A stretch of DNA of 64,000 nt, taken from Candidatus Heimdallarchaeum aukensis. GTDB lineage: Archaea > Asgardarchaeota > Heimdallarchaeia > Heimdallarchaeales > Heimdallarchaeaceae. The stretch is taken from assembly GCA_021513695.1 (NCBI GenBank), contig CP084166.1, positions 960,001-1,024,000 on the forward strand, read 5' to 3'. Under the pieces are notes generated by a model, which had not been told where the DNA came from, made no database searches, and worked only from the letters and a program-made list of their open reading frames with translations. Each line of letters starts with the position of its first letter. The stretch's first letter is position 1. The position numbers were made by a program, and so were the translations under genes. This document shows, piece by piece, positions 1-10,486 of this stretch.

Positions 1-1584
1 AAGTAGTGTGAAAATGCTTCATCTGCTAAAAGTTGTAGTTGTTCATAAAGGTTTAAGCTGAACTAAGTAGTGTGAAAATTGTGCTACATATATACACACC
101 TATATCCTGTTTATCGTTTAAGCTGAACTAAGTAGTGTGAAAATATCCTGATAGGTGAGTCCTACAGGAGAAAGAAAAAGTTTAAGCTGAACTAAGTAGT
201 GTGAAAATATCCTGATAGGTGAGTCCTACAGGAGAAAGAAAAAGTTTAAGCTGAACTAAGTAGTGTGAAAATCCCAATAGCATCCTCTTTTATCTGGGGC
301 TTGGTTTATGTTTAAGCTGAACTAAGTAGTGTGAAAATCTGTGATTTCTGCGGAAATAAACATGTGACGGAAAGTTTAAGCTGAACTAAGTAGTGTGAAA
401 ATGCAACTCTTTCCGTCCAGCGCACTAAAGCTGCTTTTGGGTTTAAGCTGAACTAAGTAGTGTGAAAATGTTTTTCATGGTAGCTTGCTACCAAAAATTT
501 ACTTAAAAGTTTAAGCTGAACTAAGTAGTGTGAAAATGAGACTGTTAATAGCGAAGTCAGATTCCTCAAAAGGTGTTTAAGCTGAACTAAGTAGTGTGAA
601 AATTTGTCTTTACACAGGGCATTCTCAGTTCTGGAGGAAGTTTAAGCTGAACTAAGTAGTGTGAAAATCACATAAACAAATTAGAAAGCGAAATAACCAC
701 AGTTGTTTAAGCTGAACTAAGTAGTGTGAAAATCAATATTCTTCATCTTCTTCTAAATCATACAATAGCGTTTAAGCTGAACTAAGTAGTGTGAAAATAG
801 AAAAGAGGAACCGTTGTTCTTAAAGGTAAAAATCGTTTAAGCTGAACTAAGTAGTGTGAAAATAAAGAGTATTGAACTCCTGGTTCAAAACTGATTTTGC
901 AGTGTTTAAGCTGAACTAAGTAGTGTGAAAATTAATTGCTTTTTTGTCTGCATGACTTGGTAATTCAAAGTTTAAGCTGAACTAAGTAGTGTGAAAATTT
1001 CAAGGTGAGACCAACGATCCTGGTTACTTCGGTTGTTTAAGCTGAACTAAGTAGTGTGAAAATAATATGTAATTAAATAAGTTTTTATTGTGGTAAAATG
1101 TTTAAGCTGAACTAAGTAGTGTGAAAATACATTAAGAAAACGCTTACCATCTAAAGAAACAATCGTTTAAGCTGAACTAAGTAGTGTGAAAATTCATAAG
1201 TTGACCAATATTCAGAAATTACATAACGTTTAAGCTGAACTAAGTAGTGTGAAAATGAAAGCGTTTAGAATTGGTGGCGGTTCTGGTTGCAGGTTTAAGC
1301 TGAACTAAGTAGTGTGAAAATTACTGGGCAATGGAAAAAAGCTGTTGCCGCATTCAAGTTTAAGCTGAACTAAGTAGTGTGAAAATTAACTCACTCGCTC
1401 ACCCTCAGAGAGAGCCACAAACGTTTAAGCTGAACTAAGTAGTGTGAAAATTAATTTACGTCATGACTATGATGCGACCCCCAACGAGGTTTAAGCTGAA
1501 CTAAGTAGTGTGAAAATATTTGACTACTAGGTTTAGGTTTGAATATGAACCAGAGTTTAAGCTGAACTAAGTAGTGTGAAAAAA
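1..1584 (+). CRISPR. CRISPR array: 25 direct repeats (first one partial at the window edge) of the 29-bp unit GTTTAAGCTGAACTAAGTAGTGTGAAAAT, with 24 spacers of 34-40 bp. The last repeat (1555-1584) is degenerate (GAAAAAT).
   Basis: Seen directly: perfectly conserved 29-mer at regular 64-69 bp spacing (e.g. 51-79, 116-144, 180-208 ... 1489-1517, 1555-1583). The array continues beyond the 5' window edge. Orientation is inferred from the GTTT...GAAAAT repeat ends and from the degenerate repeat sitting at the 3' side. Confidence 0.97.
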
Positions 1585-1606
1585 TAGATTGCCGATTAAA
1601 TTTTCT

Positions 1607-2407
1607 TTATTTGTAGAACAAATGTGAAATTGAACAATAATATCTTTTCAATTCAATTAATTCTTTTTCACTTTGTAATTTATTTTTCTGCTTTTCTATT
1701 TCAGAAAAAACAAATTCTACATCCTCAACATCTGTAAGATCTAATATATTCATTATTGTTTCATTTACTATTCTATCCCAAACTGTTATTCTTTTTATGC
1801 ACTTGTTAAAGAAGTTGCTAATTGGATTTTGAAGATTAATCAATTTTCTTAATTCTATTAATGAAATTAATTGTTCATTCTCAAAATTCTTTAGATATCT
1901 TCTATTCATTTCTATTATAACTTCAATAATAGCTTTGATATTCTCTTCATTTATTTTATTTCCTCTTGATTCTTTTATTTTCGTCTTTTTATAAGAATTC
2001 ATCAGTAGATTAACCACAGTTACTAAATGTAAATCAAATTCCTGATTAATCGTTTCTTTTTTGTCTATTAACAAGTCTCTTGCTTTTAGGCCAAGCATCC
2101 AGGAAAAAAGTCCACTTAATTGTGAATTTACTAATAATTTACTATTTTCTTGTGATGTTTTAATTTCTCTAAGTTTGTCTTGATAGAAGGGATTAAACAT
2201 ACCAAAAACGTGAGATACAATCAAGTTGTCAATAAAGAAAGATTCAATTTGTTTTTTAATTTCTTTCTCTTCTGGATTTTTTGAACTTTTTTTCATCTTT
2301 TCAGCTATTTTTTTTAAATCAGTAAAATAGTCACATAATTTCTTATTTGAACTAGCCAAAAATTCGAAATCACTATTACCCATATCGTTAATATATCTCT
2401 TCAACAC
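1607..2407 (-). CDS. Hypothetical protein (266 aa) whose stop lies 22 bp from the last CRISPR repeat. No recognisable Cas motifs.
   Basis: Long ORF with protein-like composition. Adjacent to the array and convergent with it. Confidence 0.5.
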   Translation of the reverse strand: MLKRYINDMGNSDFEFLASSNKKLCDYFTDLKKIAEKMKKSSKNPEEKEIKKQIESFFIDNLIVSHVFGMFNPFYQDKLREIKTSQENSKLLVNSQLSGLFSWMLGLKARDLLIDKKETINQEFDLHLVTVVNLLMNSYKKTKIKESRGNKINEENIKAIIEVIIEMNRRYLKNFENEQLISLIELRKLINLQNPISNFFNKCIKRITVWDRIVNETIMNILDLTDVEDVEFVFSEIEKQKNKLQSEKELIELKRYYCSISHLFYK

Positions 2408-2761
2408 ATCACATCCTGCCTAAAAGAAAGATTTCGTGTATTTCCTGTTTGTTTTAACTGTTTTGATTTAACAATAGGCTTTTTCGTGATCAGAGAATTT
2501 CTTATCATTTTTTTCACTTTAGGAATGATGATTAATATTGATTAATAGATTGAATCTTTTTTATCTTATATTTATTAGATTTTATTTTTCCTAAAAAGTT
2601 ATAAAATTCACACTAAAAATTATAACTTTGTGTTCTCTCTTTCCTGTTGTTAAATACACATTTTTGCTCCAAAGCGAATTATTTTATTCCAAACGGCTAG
2701 AAACAGAAGGTTAATTTCGTTTAAGAAAAGTTCTTAATAGGTTGAATTATTTAGTGTTTAG

Positions 2762-4246
2762 ATGGTTGATTTTGGTCTTATTGATCTTCAAGAAGCAATG
2801 AATGAAGCTGAGACCATATTAGGTGACAAATATACTTATTTTCAGTCATTAATTACAAAATATTCTGTAAAGCCAAGCAAGCCATTTTGGGATATAATTA
2901 TTTTTCTTACAGGTTTAAAGGTATACAAAGATACTGAACTATTTAACAAATGGATTAATTTTTGGAACAAGTATTCAGTATCAAGAAAATACAAGAACCT
3001 TATTTATCAGCCTTCTGCTTCTTTTTCTCCTTTCTTAACTGAAGAAGAAGCAGAAAAAAAGTTCACTAAACTGCTGAAAATGCTTTATAACCGCGATAGT
3101 GAACTTACCGAAGATCAACTTTGGACTTTATTTTTTTCTCTTTTTTATAAGCTTCGAAATGCAATTAAACCTAAATTCAGTAAGGTTGAATTTAGAGTAT
3201 TTCTAACTATTCTTAGCGAACAAACAACTATTCTTTCTACCCTCAACAAAAGTTTGATGATGGCAAAATCCAATCTTTCTGCATACATAAAAAGAATTAG
3301 AGAGAAAAAAGTTATTTTCGAAGGTTTTTTACTAAACCTAAGAAAATTTAACCTAAGTATTTTCTATTCAAGGATTAAATATCCTTTGTCATGTAATGAA
3401 AAAATTACTAAAATTATTCCTAGAGGAAAATTCTTAAGAAGAGTTTATGAGGGTCATATTGCATGTAATTATACTTTTCTGAGCTATTTAGCACCAAATT
3501 TAGATGAAATTAAAAAAGAATTTCTAAAAAACAAAAAAGAGATTTTGGAAGTTATTCCAAATGCTGAAATAGATTTTTTTAGAAGTGATAGAAATAGTAG
3601 ACTATATTCTTTCAATTACAGTAATTATGATTTCAAAAAGGGAAAATGGAATTTTGATATAGATGACATAAATTATAATTTATTTTGGCTTAATAATACA
3701 AAGAATAGCAAAACAGACAATTTAGTTAAGATAATTGAAAATTTTCCTTCTAACGAAGATTATGAACTAAAATTTGATAAAGAAACACTAGACATCCTAA
3801 GGTTTTTCTACTTAAATCCACAAAAGTCAGTTTCACAGATTATTGAAGAAATGGATGTAAGAGAAAGCAAAATAAGAAAAGCTATCAGTGACTTTGAAGA
3901 AAATCAAATTTTAAGAGCGAGAGTGAACCCTGCACCAGTATTTGGTTTGTCTAACATTATTCTCTATATTAAAGAGAAAAAAGACAAATTGAGAAAAATA
4001 CATGAAGAGCTTTCTTTTTTCCCAGAAGTTTATAGTGAACCTTTAGTTAATATCGAGACACAAGAGGAAGAGCTAATGATTATTGTAAGAGCTCCTGAAG
4101 CAATAACATTTCAAGTTGTAGAAGCTCTTTATCAAAAATATGAAAAAAAGATAGTGGGTTTATTCCTTATTGATCAAATGTACTCAACAAGGCAGGATCT
4201 TCCTCTAGAGAACTTTGATACTTTATTTAAGAGATGGAAAATATAA
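2762..4246 (+). CDS. Hypothetical protein (494 aa) with a probable C-terminal winged-helix DNA-binding region (…LDILRFFYLNPQKSVSQIIEEMDVRESKIRKAIS…).
   Basis: Long ORF divergent from 1607..2407. Contains one Rx4H (RVYEGH) string; this is not diagnostic on its own. Confidence 0.5.
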   Translation: MVDFGLIDLQEAMNEAETILGDKYTYFQSLITKYSVKPSKPFWDIIIFLTGLKVYKDTELFNKWINFWNKYSVSRKYKNLIYQPSASFSPFLTEEEAEKKFTKLLKMLYNRDSELTEDQLWTLFFSLFYKLRNAIKPKFSKVEFRVFLTILSEQTTILSTLNKSLMMAKSNLSAYIKRIREKKVIFEGFLLNLRKFNLSIFYSRIKYPLSCNEKITKIIPRGKFLRRVYEGHIACNYTFLSYLAPNLDEIKKEFLKNKKEILEVIPNAEIDFFRSDRNSRLYSFNYSNYDFKKGKWNFDIDDINYNLFWLNNTKNSKTDNLVKIIENFPSNEDYELKFDKETLDILRFFYLNPQKSVSQIIEEMDVRESKIRKAISDFEENQILRARVNPAPVFGLSNIILYIKEKKDKLRKIHEELSFFPEVYSEPLVNIETQEEELMIIVRAPEAITFQVVEALYQKYEKKIVGLFLIDQMYSTRQDLPLENFDTLFKRWKI

Positions 4247-4493
4247 TCCAAAAGTAAGATTATTTTGAACCATTTTTTAGGAATAAGAAAAAATGGTTAT
4301 AGATGTAAAAAAAATCGGTAGATGTATGAAATATACTTTTCACAAGTTTTGTGATGGAAAATATAGGTATCACATCATTTACTTGTAGATCATTTGTCAT
4401 ATTTACTTGGTTCCTAAATTAATAGAGTAAACATTCGTTGTTTTTTTATCCAAAAATTATAATAATGCTTTCTTTATTTTATAAGTGAAAAAA

Positions 4494-5351
4494 ATGAGTG
4501 ATGATAATAATTTTTCTTCTGATTTAAATAATGCCGATAGTGATTTTCTTTTTTCTTCCTCTTCTTTTGAGTCAAACCTTATTAATGGTGAAAAGGTCTT
4601 TAACGATTTTCTTATTCCTTATCGAACTATTTCTTTTTTTGGTCTTGTAGTCTTGACTTTATCCTTTCTTTTGCCTTTGATAGTTATTTTAGTTGTTCAG
4701 TTTGGTACTGATTTTTCTAGAGCTGTTAAATACACTATTGATGTCATAATGGGTTTGTGGCTATTTTTCACTTTCTTGTTTTTCTTTTTCATTGGTTCAA
4801 GTAATCAACGACTTATTATTACTAACTTTCGTTTAATTTGCATTAGAGAGTATTTTCCTTTTTTCTTTAAGAAGTTTAGAATTCTCAAGGAATGTTCTAC
4901 TGATATTAATAGTGTTACTCTTGTTGAGCGCAAAAAGTTTTCTCGTCCTGAACCTTTTATGTTTTTCACTGGATTGTTGATGTTTTTTGTTAGTTTATTA
5001 CTTTTTATTTCTATTAAGATTGTTGAGCAGTTCAACATTTCTTCTTTCATTCAATATAAGAAAACCATTCTTATTAGTAGTTCAATACTTTTGATTCTTT
5101 CTTTTATGCTTATTATTTATGCTATATTCTTTTTCTCCAAGAATATTTACAAACTAGCTTTTTCCATTGGTCAAACTTATCCTCTACCGCCTGTTATTGA
5201 CAGATTATTTTCAAGGAGTTTGAAAGCTGGTTATTGGGTAATTTACGGTTGGGAAAAAGATTCAAAAAGGATGTATGAAGAAGCTCCTCAAATACTATTT
5301 TCTCTTAAATTTGATAAGCATCTTCAACAGAATAATTTGAAGGAGCATTAA
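4494..5351 (+). CDS. Polytopic membrane protein, unknown function.
   Basis: Several long hydrophobic segments. The ORF-track start at GTG 4485 is probably the SD-like GGTGA-type motif ahead of ATG 4494 (MSDDNN…). Confidence 0.5.
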   Translation: MSDDNNFSSDLNNADSDFLFSSSSFESNLINGEKVFNDFLIPYRTISFFGLVVLTLSFLLPLIVILVVQFGTDFSRAVKYTIDVIMGLWLFFTFLFFFFIGSSNQRLIITNFRLICIREYFPFFFKKFRILKECSTDINSVTLVERKKFSRPEPFMFFTGLLMFFVSLLLFISIKIVEQFNISSFIQYKKTILISSSILLILSFMLIIYAIFFFSKNIYKLAFSIGQTYPLPPVIDRLFSRSLKAGYWVIYGWEKDSKRMYEEAPQILFSLKFDKHLQQNNLKEH

Positions 5352-5789
5352 TTTTTTTTATTACTTTCAACAAGTGGGACTTTTTTAACTAACTTACTAG
5401 CATAATAATTTTTTACTAACTTATTTTTCACTTATAATTCTTATTCTTCTCCTTTTTCTTTACTTTTTTCTTTCTTTATCCTTCTTTATTAATTTCTGTT
5501 AGTACCGACAATTCTTTAACCACATTATTAATTTTAAAAAATGGAATATGAATTCTTAAGCTTCCAAAATGGATCTTTATTTAATGAGACTCACTGTTGT
5601 AGAAATTTAATTTAAAACTATGACTTTTGTACAGAAACTTTTTTTACGAAGTTTTGGGTGTACACCTATTGCTAAGTTTTTTCCTGTTTGCTTCTTACTT
5701 TGCTGTTTCTTTGATTGAATTATTCCTATGCTTTTAATTCCTATTGTTAAGGAGTAATAACAGGAGAAGCTCTTGCGTGAGGGAATAAG

Positions 5790-6053
5790 ATGTCACAAGC
5801 AAAATTTCGTATTTATTGGAAGTCCTATTATCCTGAACGCATTACAGAGGAGTACATCAAAGCTGATAATCCTTGTCACGCTTTACTCTTAATTCGTGAC
5901 AAGTTCTTTGCTGAACATTCTGACGATATTTATTGTGCTTATGTATTTAGTCTACAAGTGAGAAAGGAAGGTTGTTGGGCTGATTGGACTTCTGAGAATG
6001 GTTTAGACATTACTACTCTTGCTGAAGAATTAGAGCTATTTACTTACTCTTGA
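5790..6053 (+). CDS. Small hypothetical protein (87 aa).
   Basis: ORF with balanced composition and no recognisable motif. Confidence 0.3.
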   Translation: MSQAKFRIYWKSYYPERITEEYIKADNPCHALLLIRDKFFAEHSDDIYCAYVFSLQVRKEGCWADWTSENGLDITTLAEELELFTYS

Positions 6054-6198
6054 TCTTGGTTCTTGTGTTGACAAGTAAAATATTCATAATTGTGCTTTCT
6101 ATGATGACTGAATAAAGTCCGATTGATTGAATTCTTCGTTGCTATTAAAGTTCTTTGATTTTGTTTAATTTTCTTTTCTTTCTTTTTTCTTTTATTCT

Positions 6199-7230
6199 TT
6201 ATTTTTCTTTCTTTGCTTCGTCTTTTGCTCTGTTTTTTGTTTTTATTTTATTTGTTCGTTCTGTCTCTATTTCTTTTTCTTCTATTTTTTTACTTTTATC
6301 TAGTATAATTATTATTACTCCTGCTATTATTCCTATTCCTCCCAGAATGTAAGATAGTGTTATTGGTTCTTTTAGTATTATTGCGCCTAGTATTATTGCG
6401 AACACTGGTTCATCTAGTAGTAGTAATGAGCTTTTTGATGACTCTTGATATTTTGCTGAGATCATCAACAGTCCATATGGTATTACGCTTCCTGCTAGTG
6501 CGAATCCTATTCCTATTAGTATTATTTTTGTTTTCATTATATTTTCTATTTCCATTTTTGCTAACTCTTCTGGTAGGGGTAGTATTGAGAACATTATTAG
6601 TAGAGGTAGAGCTATAATTATTGCCCATGATATCACCCAAGCTATTGATAGGGAATAGGGAACGTTTTTTCTTTTTTCTGCGCTTGCTCTTCCTACTAAA
6701 AGGTAGAAAGCGTAGAACAGTCCATTTAGTATTGCTAGAGTTGTTCCAACTATTGATGACATAAATGACTCCCATTTCCACACTTCTGTCAATGTGATTA
6801 ATCCTGCTGTTGCTACTATTATTGCTAGTATTTTGCTTTTTGTTATCCTTTCTTTTAGGAATATCCTTCCCAGTATTAGTGTTATGAACGGGTGTATCTG
6901 TATTAGCAGTGCTGCTTCTCCTGCTGGTGTTCCTACTGCTATTGAACTTAGGTAAACAACTATCATCATTACGAAGATTAAACTTTGTAACAGGTATGTT
7001 TTCTGATTTGTTAGCTTAATCGAGTTCTTTACTTGTTCTTTGTTTTTCTTTAATGTGTAGAAAACTATTATTCCTAACCCAAATATCGAACCGAAGAATA
7101 TTCTTAGCAATGATTGTTCTATACTTGAAACATTCAGATCTCTTAATATTGCTGAGATTACTGGTATTGAACCAAAAAATAGTCCTGCTGTGATTGATGC
7201 TAAATATGAAAAATTAGTTTTTTTATCCAT
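6199..7230 (-). CDS. DMT-superfamily (EamA-like) transporter, about 10 TM, with a Lys/Glu-rich C-terminal tail.
   Basis: Two repeated 4-5-TM halves of hydrophobic helices typical of EamA. The T/C-rich plus-strand stretch 6155-6350 is the antisense of its K/E tail. Confidence 0.65.
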   Translation of the reverse strand: MDKKTNFSYLASITAGLFFGSIPVISAILRDLNVSSIEQSLLRIFFGSIFGLGIIVFYTLKKNKEQVKNSIKLTNQKTYLLQSLIFVMMIVVYLSSIAVGTPAGEAALLIQIHPFITLILGRIFLKERITKSKILAIIVATAGLITLTEVWKWESFMSSIVGTTLAILNGLFYAFYLLVGRASAEKRKNVPYSLSIAWVISWAIIIALPLLIMFSILPLPEELAKMEIENIMKTKIILIGIGFALAGSVIPYGLLMISAKYQESSKSSLLLLDEPVFAIILGAIILKEPITLSYILGGIGIIAGVIIIILDKSKKIEEKEIETERTNKIKTKNRAKDEAKKEK

Positions 7231-7445
7231 TCTGGTTCGGGGTGTTTTTCTTTTTCACATTTATCAATCTTTACTCTTTCTCCATTCAATTTTCTATTAT
7301 TTATTCTTTCTTTTTTTCTCATTCTTTTCTGATTTTTACTATTTTTTCTATCAAACTTATCTATCAAACTTTTCTATCAAACTTTTCTATCATTTCTTAT
7401 GCAGCTTTTTCATAATTTTCTTAAATTGAAATTTTTCTTTCTCAT

Positions 7446-7904
7446 ATGGACTGCAGTTGGTGCAATTTAGATAGTTTTTCTGACTATTTCATTTACGACA
7501 GTGAATATTTCAGCGTTTATCTTTCTGAAGATCAAAGTCTTTTAGGTAGACTTATCTTGGTTCTTAATCGTCACGCTTCTTCTTTAAGTGATTTGACTCA
7601 TGAAGAAATACATGATTTTCTTTCTAATGTTAAAATCATTGAAAAAACTTTGACTAAAGCCTTTGGTACAACTATGTTTAATTGGAGTTGTTTGATGAAC
7701 AATTCTTTCAAAAAGCAACCTAGTTTTCCTCATGTCCATTGGCATTGTCGTCCTCGTTATGCTCACGATGTTTCTTTTACTGGTTTAGTTTTTTCTGACC
7801 CTGATTTTGCTCATCATTATAATAACAAAAGAAAACTTTTTGTCTCTCCTGAGGTTCGACAATCTATTATTTCTGCCATCCGAGACAATCTCTCTTCTGT
7901 CTAA
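7446..7904 (+). CDS. HIT-family (histidine triad) protein.
   Basis: HxHxHxx motif 'HVHWHCR' in the C-terminal half of a ~150-aa protein, as in HIT hydrolases. Confidence 0.6.
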   Translation: MDCSWCNLDSFSDYFIYDSEYFSVYLSEDQSLLGRLILVLNRHASSLSDLTHEEIHDFLSNVKIIEKTLTKAFGTTMFNWSCLMNNSFKKQPSFPHVHWHCRPRYAHDVSFTGLVFSDPDFAHHYNNKRKLFVSPEVRQSIISAIRDNLSSV

Positions 7905-8057
7905 TTTATAGAAATTATTTTTTCTCTTCCTTCTTCTTTCCTTCAGATATGTTTGTACTTTACTTCTACTTTTTTTTGTTTCTTTCTTTCTTCCTTCCAC
8001 TTGTTTAAACATATAACCTTTTCTTATTTTATTTTGTAAGGCATTTTATCATTCTAC

Positions 8058-8066
8058 TTTTTATAT
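8058..8066 (+). promoter_or_regulatory. Possible archaeal TATA box (TTTTTATAT) upstream of the surface-protein gene.
   Basis: TATA-like octamer in the upstream intergenic region. AT-rich background gives low specificity. Confidence 0.2.
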
Positions 8067-8187
8067 TCTAGGCCCACCTAATCCATTTGCACTTTTTTTC
8101 GAAACGCTTTTAAACATGCTCAAATATTTTTCATTGATTGAAGAATCTTTCTTCGGTCATAATAATAACAAATTAGAAGGAATTATT

Positions 8188-10281
8188 ATGAAAAAAAGAA
8201 TGTTAATAACAAGCATTTTCATTTTTGCCTTTTTAGTAGCAGTTATTCCTTTAACTGCAAATGCTAAAGTCCTTTCTACTAGAGCTACAAAGGATTTGGG
8301 CGGTGGAGATGCTTATAACGCATATAGTGCATCTGATTATGCAACCCTTATTAGTACACCTATTTCGGGTTACGGAGATATTTACTATTCCAGTGATCAG
8401 TATGATCAATACAAAGTAGCAGTAAGTTCAGGAGATCAAGTAACGATTGAGTTTACTGCCCCTAGTGGAGCAACAGGAATTGATCTTCCTGTTTATGACA
8501 CTGACAAGTCTCGAATACTCATTCGTTACAACATCCAGACTTTCTCCGAGACTGTTACTGCTTCTGGCAACGGTTACATTTACTTTACTATAGATGCAGA
8601 CACTTATGATGATAGAGGTACTTATTATCTCAGTGTTTCTAAATCTGGAGCAGTTGACACTACTCCACCTACTGTAAGTATTACTGACCCTGCTGATGGA
8701 GCAACTGTTTATTCTGCAGATGTCACTGTTTCATGGACTGGTTCTGACAATGTCGGCATAGACTATTACGAGGTCAGAATTGATGGTGGTTCATGGATCA
8801 ATGTCGGAACATCTACAAGCTACACCTTTACTGGTTTAGCTGACGGTAGTCATACTGTAGATGTTAACGCTTATGACGCTGCAGGAAATGTTGGTTCTGA
8901 CAGTGTAACTTTCACTGTTGATACCAGTGCTCCTCCTACTGAGTATACTTTCACTGGTTCACTTAGTGCTGGACAGGACAGTACTCAACACACCTTTAAC
9001 GTTCCTTCCAACACCATTAAGATCGAGGTTCAGCTTCAAATGCCCAGTGGTGCAGATTACGATTTAAGCCTTTGGGACTCTAATGGAGCTCGAACTGGTG
9101 GTTGGACTTCAACTGATAGTAGTACTAAAACAGATATTGCCAACAGTGATTATTCTGGTTATTCTGCTGATCCTGAGTGGGTTACTGTTGATCCTCCTGC
9201 TGTTTTTGGTACCTGGAAGACTGGTTGTTATGCTTACAGTGGTTCTGGTACTTACACCATCACTGTTACTCTAACGCTCAGTGGTCCAGATACTACTGCA
9301 CCTACTGTTACTATAACTGACCCAACAGATGGTTCTACAGTTAATTCTGCTGATGTTACTGTTTCATGGACTGGTTCTGACGATGTTGGTATTGACCACT
9401 ATGAAGTCAGAATCGATGGTGGTTCATGGATCAATGTTGGAACATCTACAAGCTACACCTTTACTGGTTTAGCTGACGGCAGTCACACTGTAGATGTTAA
9501 TGCCTATGATGCTGCAGGTAACGTTGGTTCTGACAGTGTGACTTTCACTGTTGATACCACTACCAATCCTGTTGAAAAATGGGCAGTTATTGTTGGTATT
9601 AGTGACTACAAAGCTATTAGTGATCTTTCTTACTGTGATGAGGATGCAACTGACTGGTATTATCAACTTACCAGCAGTCAAATGAGTTATGACCATATCA
9701 CTGTTTTAGGAGATGGATATTCTTCTAACTATCCTCAATGGGATGGCTATGCTACAGAGTACAATGTTAAACAAGCTTTGAACAACATGGTTAATTCTGC
9801 TGACTCTAATGACATTATAGCTTTCATCAGTTCTGGTCATGGTTCGGGTAATGGTGCAGGTTCTTCATACTTGTGTATGTGGGACTGCAGTTCAGGAGAA
9901 AACGGAGAAGATGGAAATCTCTATGACACTGAATTAGCAGCAATTCTTGACGGAGCTGTTGCTGACAGGATTTTCGTCTTCTTAGACCATTGTTACAGTG
10001 GTGGTTTTGGAGACGACCTCATGAATATGCCTAACAAAGACCGTGTTTACCTAACAACAACCTGTACAGAAAATGGTTATGGTTATGATGACTCCACTCA
10101 TCAAAATGGTGCTTGGACTTACTACTTCCTAGATTACTCTTGGCAGCAACATTTCGGTGGTGCAGCTAATGTTGCTATGGAAGACATCTTCGACTATGCT
10201 TTAGCTGCTTATCCATACAGTGGTGGAGACACTCCTCAAGAGTTCGATGGAAACACAGGTGCGTACTTCTACCTGGCATAA
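8188..10281 (+). CDS. Secreted multidomain protein. It has a signal peptide, two tandem near-identical Ig/FN3-like domains and a C-terminal caspase-like (clan CD; C13/C14-type His-Cys dyad) peptidase domain.
   Basis: MKKRMLITSIFIFAFLVAV signal, preceded by AGAAGG. Repeated motif 'TxPTVxITDPxDGxTVxSADVTVSWTGSD' twice. 'SSGHG' plus 'LDHCYSGGFG' His/Cys dyad. The ORF track starts at 8116, but Met at 8188 with an SD is the more likely start. Confidence 0.7.
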   Translation: MKKRMLITSIFIFAFLVAVIPLTANAKVLSTRATKDLGGGDAYNAYSASDYATLISTPISGYGDIYYSSDQYDQYKVAVSSGDQVTIEFTAPSGATGIDLPVYDTDKSRILIRYNIQTFSETVTASGNGYIYFTIDADTYDDRGTYYLSVSKSGAVDTTPPTVSITDPADGATVYSADVTVSWTGSDNVGIDYYEVRIDGGSWINVGTSTSYTFTGLADGSHTVDVNAYDAAGNVGSDSVTFTVDTSAPPTEYTFTGSLSAGQDSTQHTFNVPSNTIKIEVQLQMPSGADYDLSLWDSNGARTGGWTSTDSSTKTDIANSDYSGYSADPEWVTVDPPAVFGTWKTGCYAYSGSGTYTITVTLTLSGPDTTAPTVTITDPTDGSTVNSADVTVSWTGSDDVGIDHYEVRIDGGSWINVGTSTSYTFTGLADGSHTVDVNAYDAAGNVGSDSVTFTVDTTTNPVEKWAVIVGISDYKAISDLSYCDEDATDWYYQLTSSQMSYDHITVLGDGYSSNYPQWDGYATEYNVKQALNNMVNSADSNDIIAFISSGHGSGNGAGSSYLCMWDCSSGENGEDGNLYDTELAAILDGAVADRIFVFLDHCYSGGFGDDLMNMPNKDRVYLTTTCTENGYGYDDSTHQNGAWTYYFLDYSWQQHFGGAANVAMEDIFDYALAAYPYSGGDTPQEFDGNTGAYFYLA

Positions 10282-10311
10282 CCTTTTTCTTTTTTTCTTT
10301 TTTCAGAGATT
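10282..10311 (+). terminator. Oligo-T tract (CCTTTTTCTTTTTTTCTTTTTTC) right after the stop codon. Possible archaeal intrinsic terminator.
   Basis: Seen directly; archaeal RNAP terminates at T-runs. Confidence 0.3.
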
Positions 10312-10486
10312 CCTTCGAAAATCTCTTTTTTTTCCTTTAATTTTAAGTAAATCTACATGTTTTCAAAAAATATGGATAAAGATTACCAGAAACACATTAT
10401 TGTTTTAGTTTCAAACAGATCAGAATAATTCATTTATTAAAAAAAAGAATAAATAAAGAATCTATTTCTTATTTTCTTTATTTAGT

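Noticed and set aside
2762-4246. Calling the 494-aa array-adjacent protein a HEPN/Csx-type Cas protein on the basis of an Rx4H string.
   Set aside because: A single 6-residue motif is far too weak. No CARF, Cas10, Cas6 or other Cas signatures were recognised. Kept as hypothetical.
6155-6781. Three overlapping small ORFs (6155..6352 +, 6357..6617 +, 6410..6781 −) with poly-F/L/V or K/R-rich translations.
   Set aside because: All lie inside the DMT transporter gene 6199..7230 and have low-complexity translations caused by strand compositional skew. Spurious.
9083-9696. Small ORFs 9083..9274 (+, alternative frame) and 9469..9696 (−) inside the large surface-protein gene.
   Set aside because: Both are embedded in the well-supported 8188..10281 coding frame, with low-complexity or motif-less translations.
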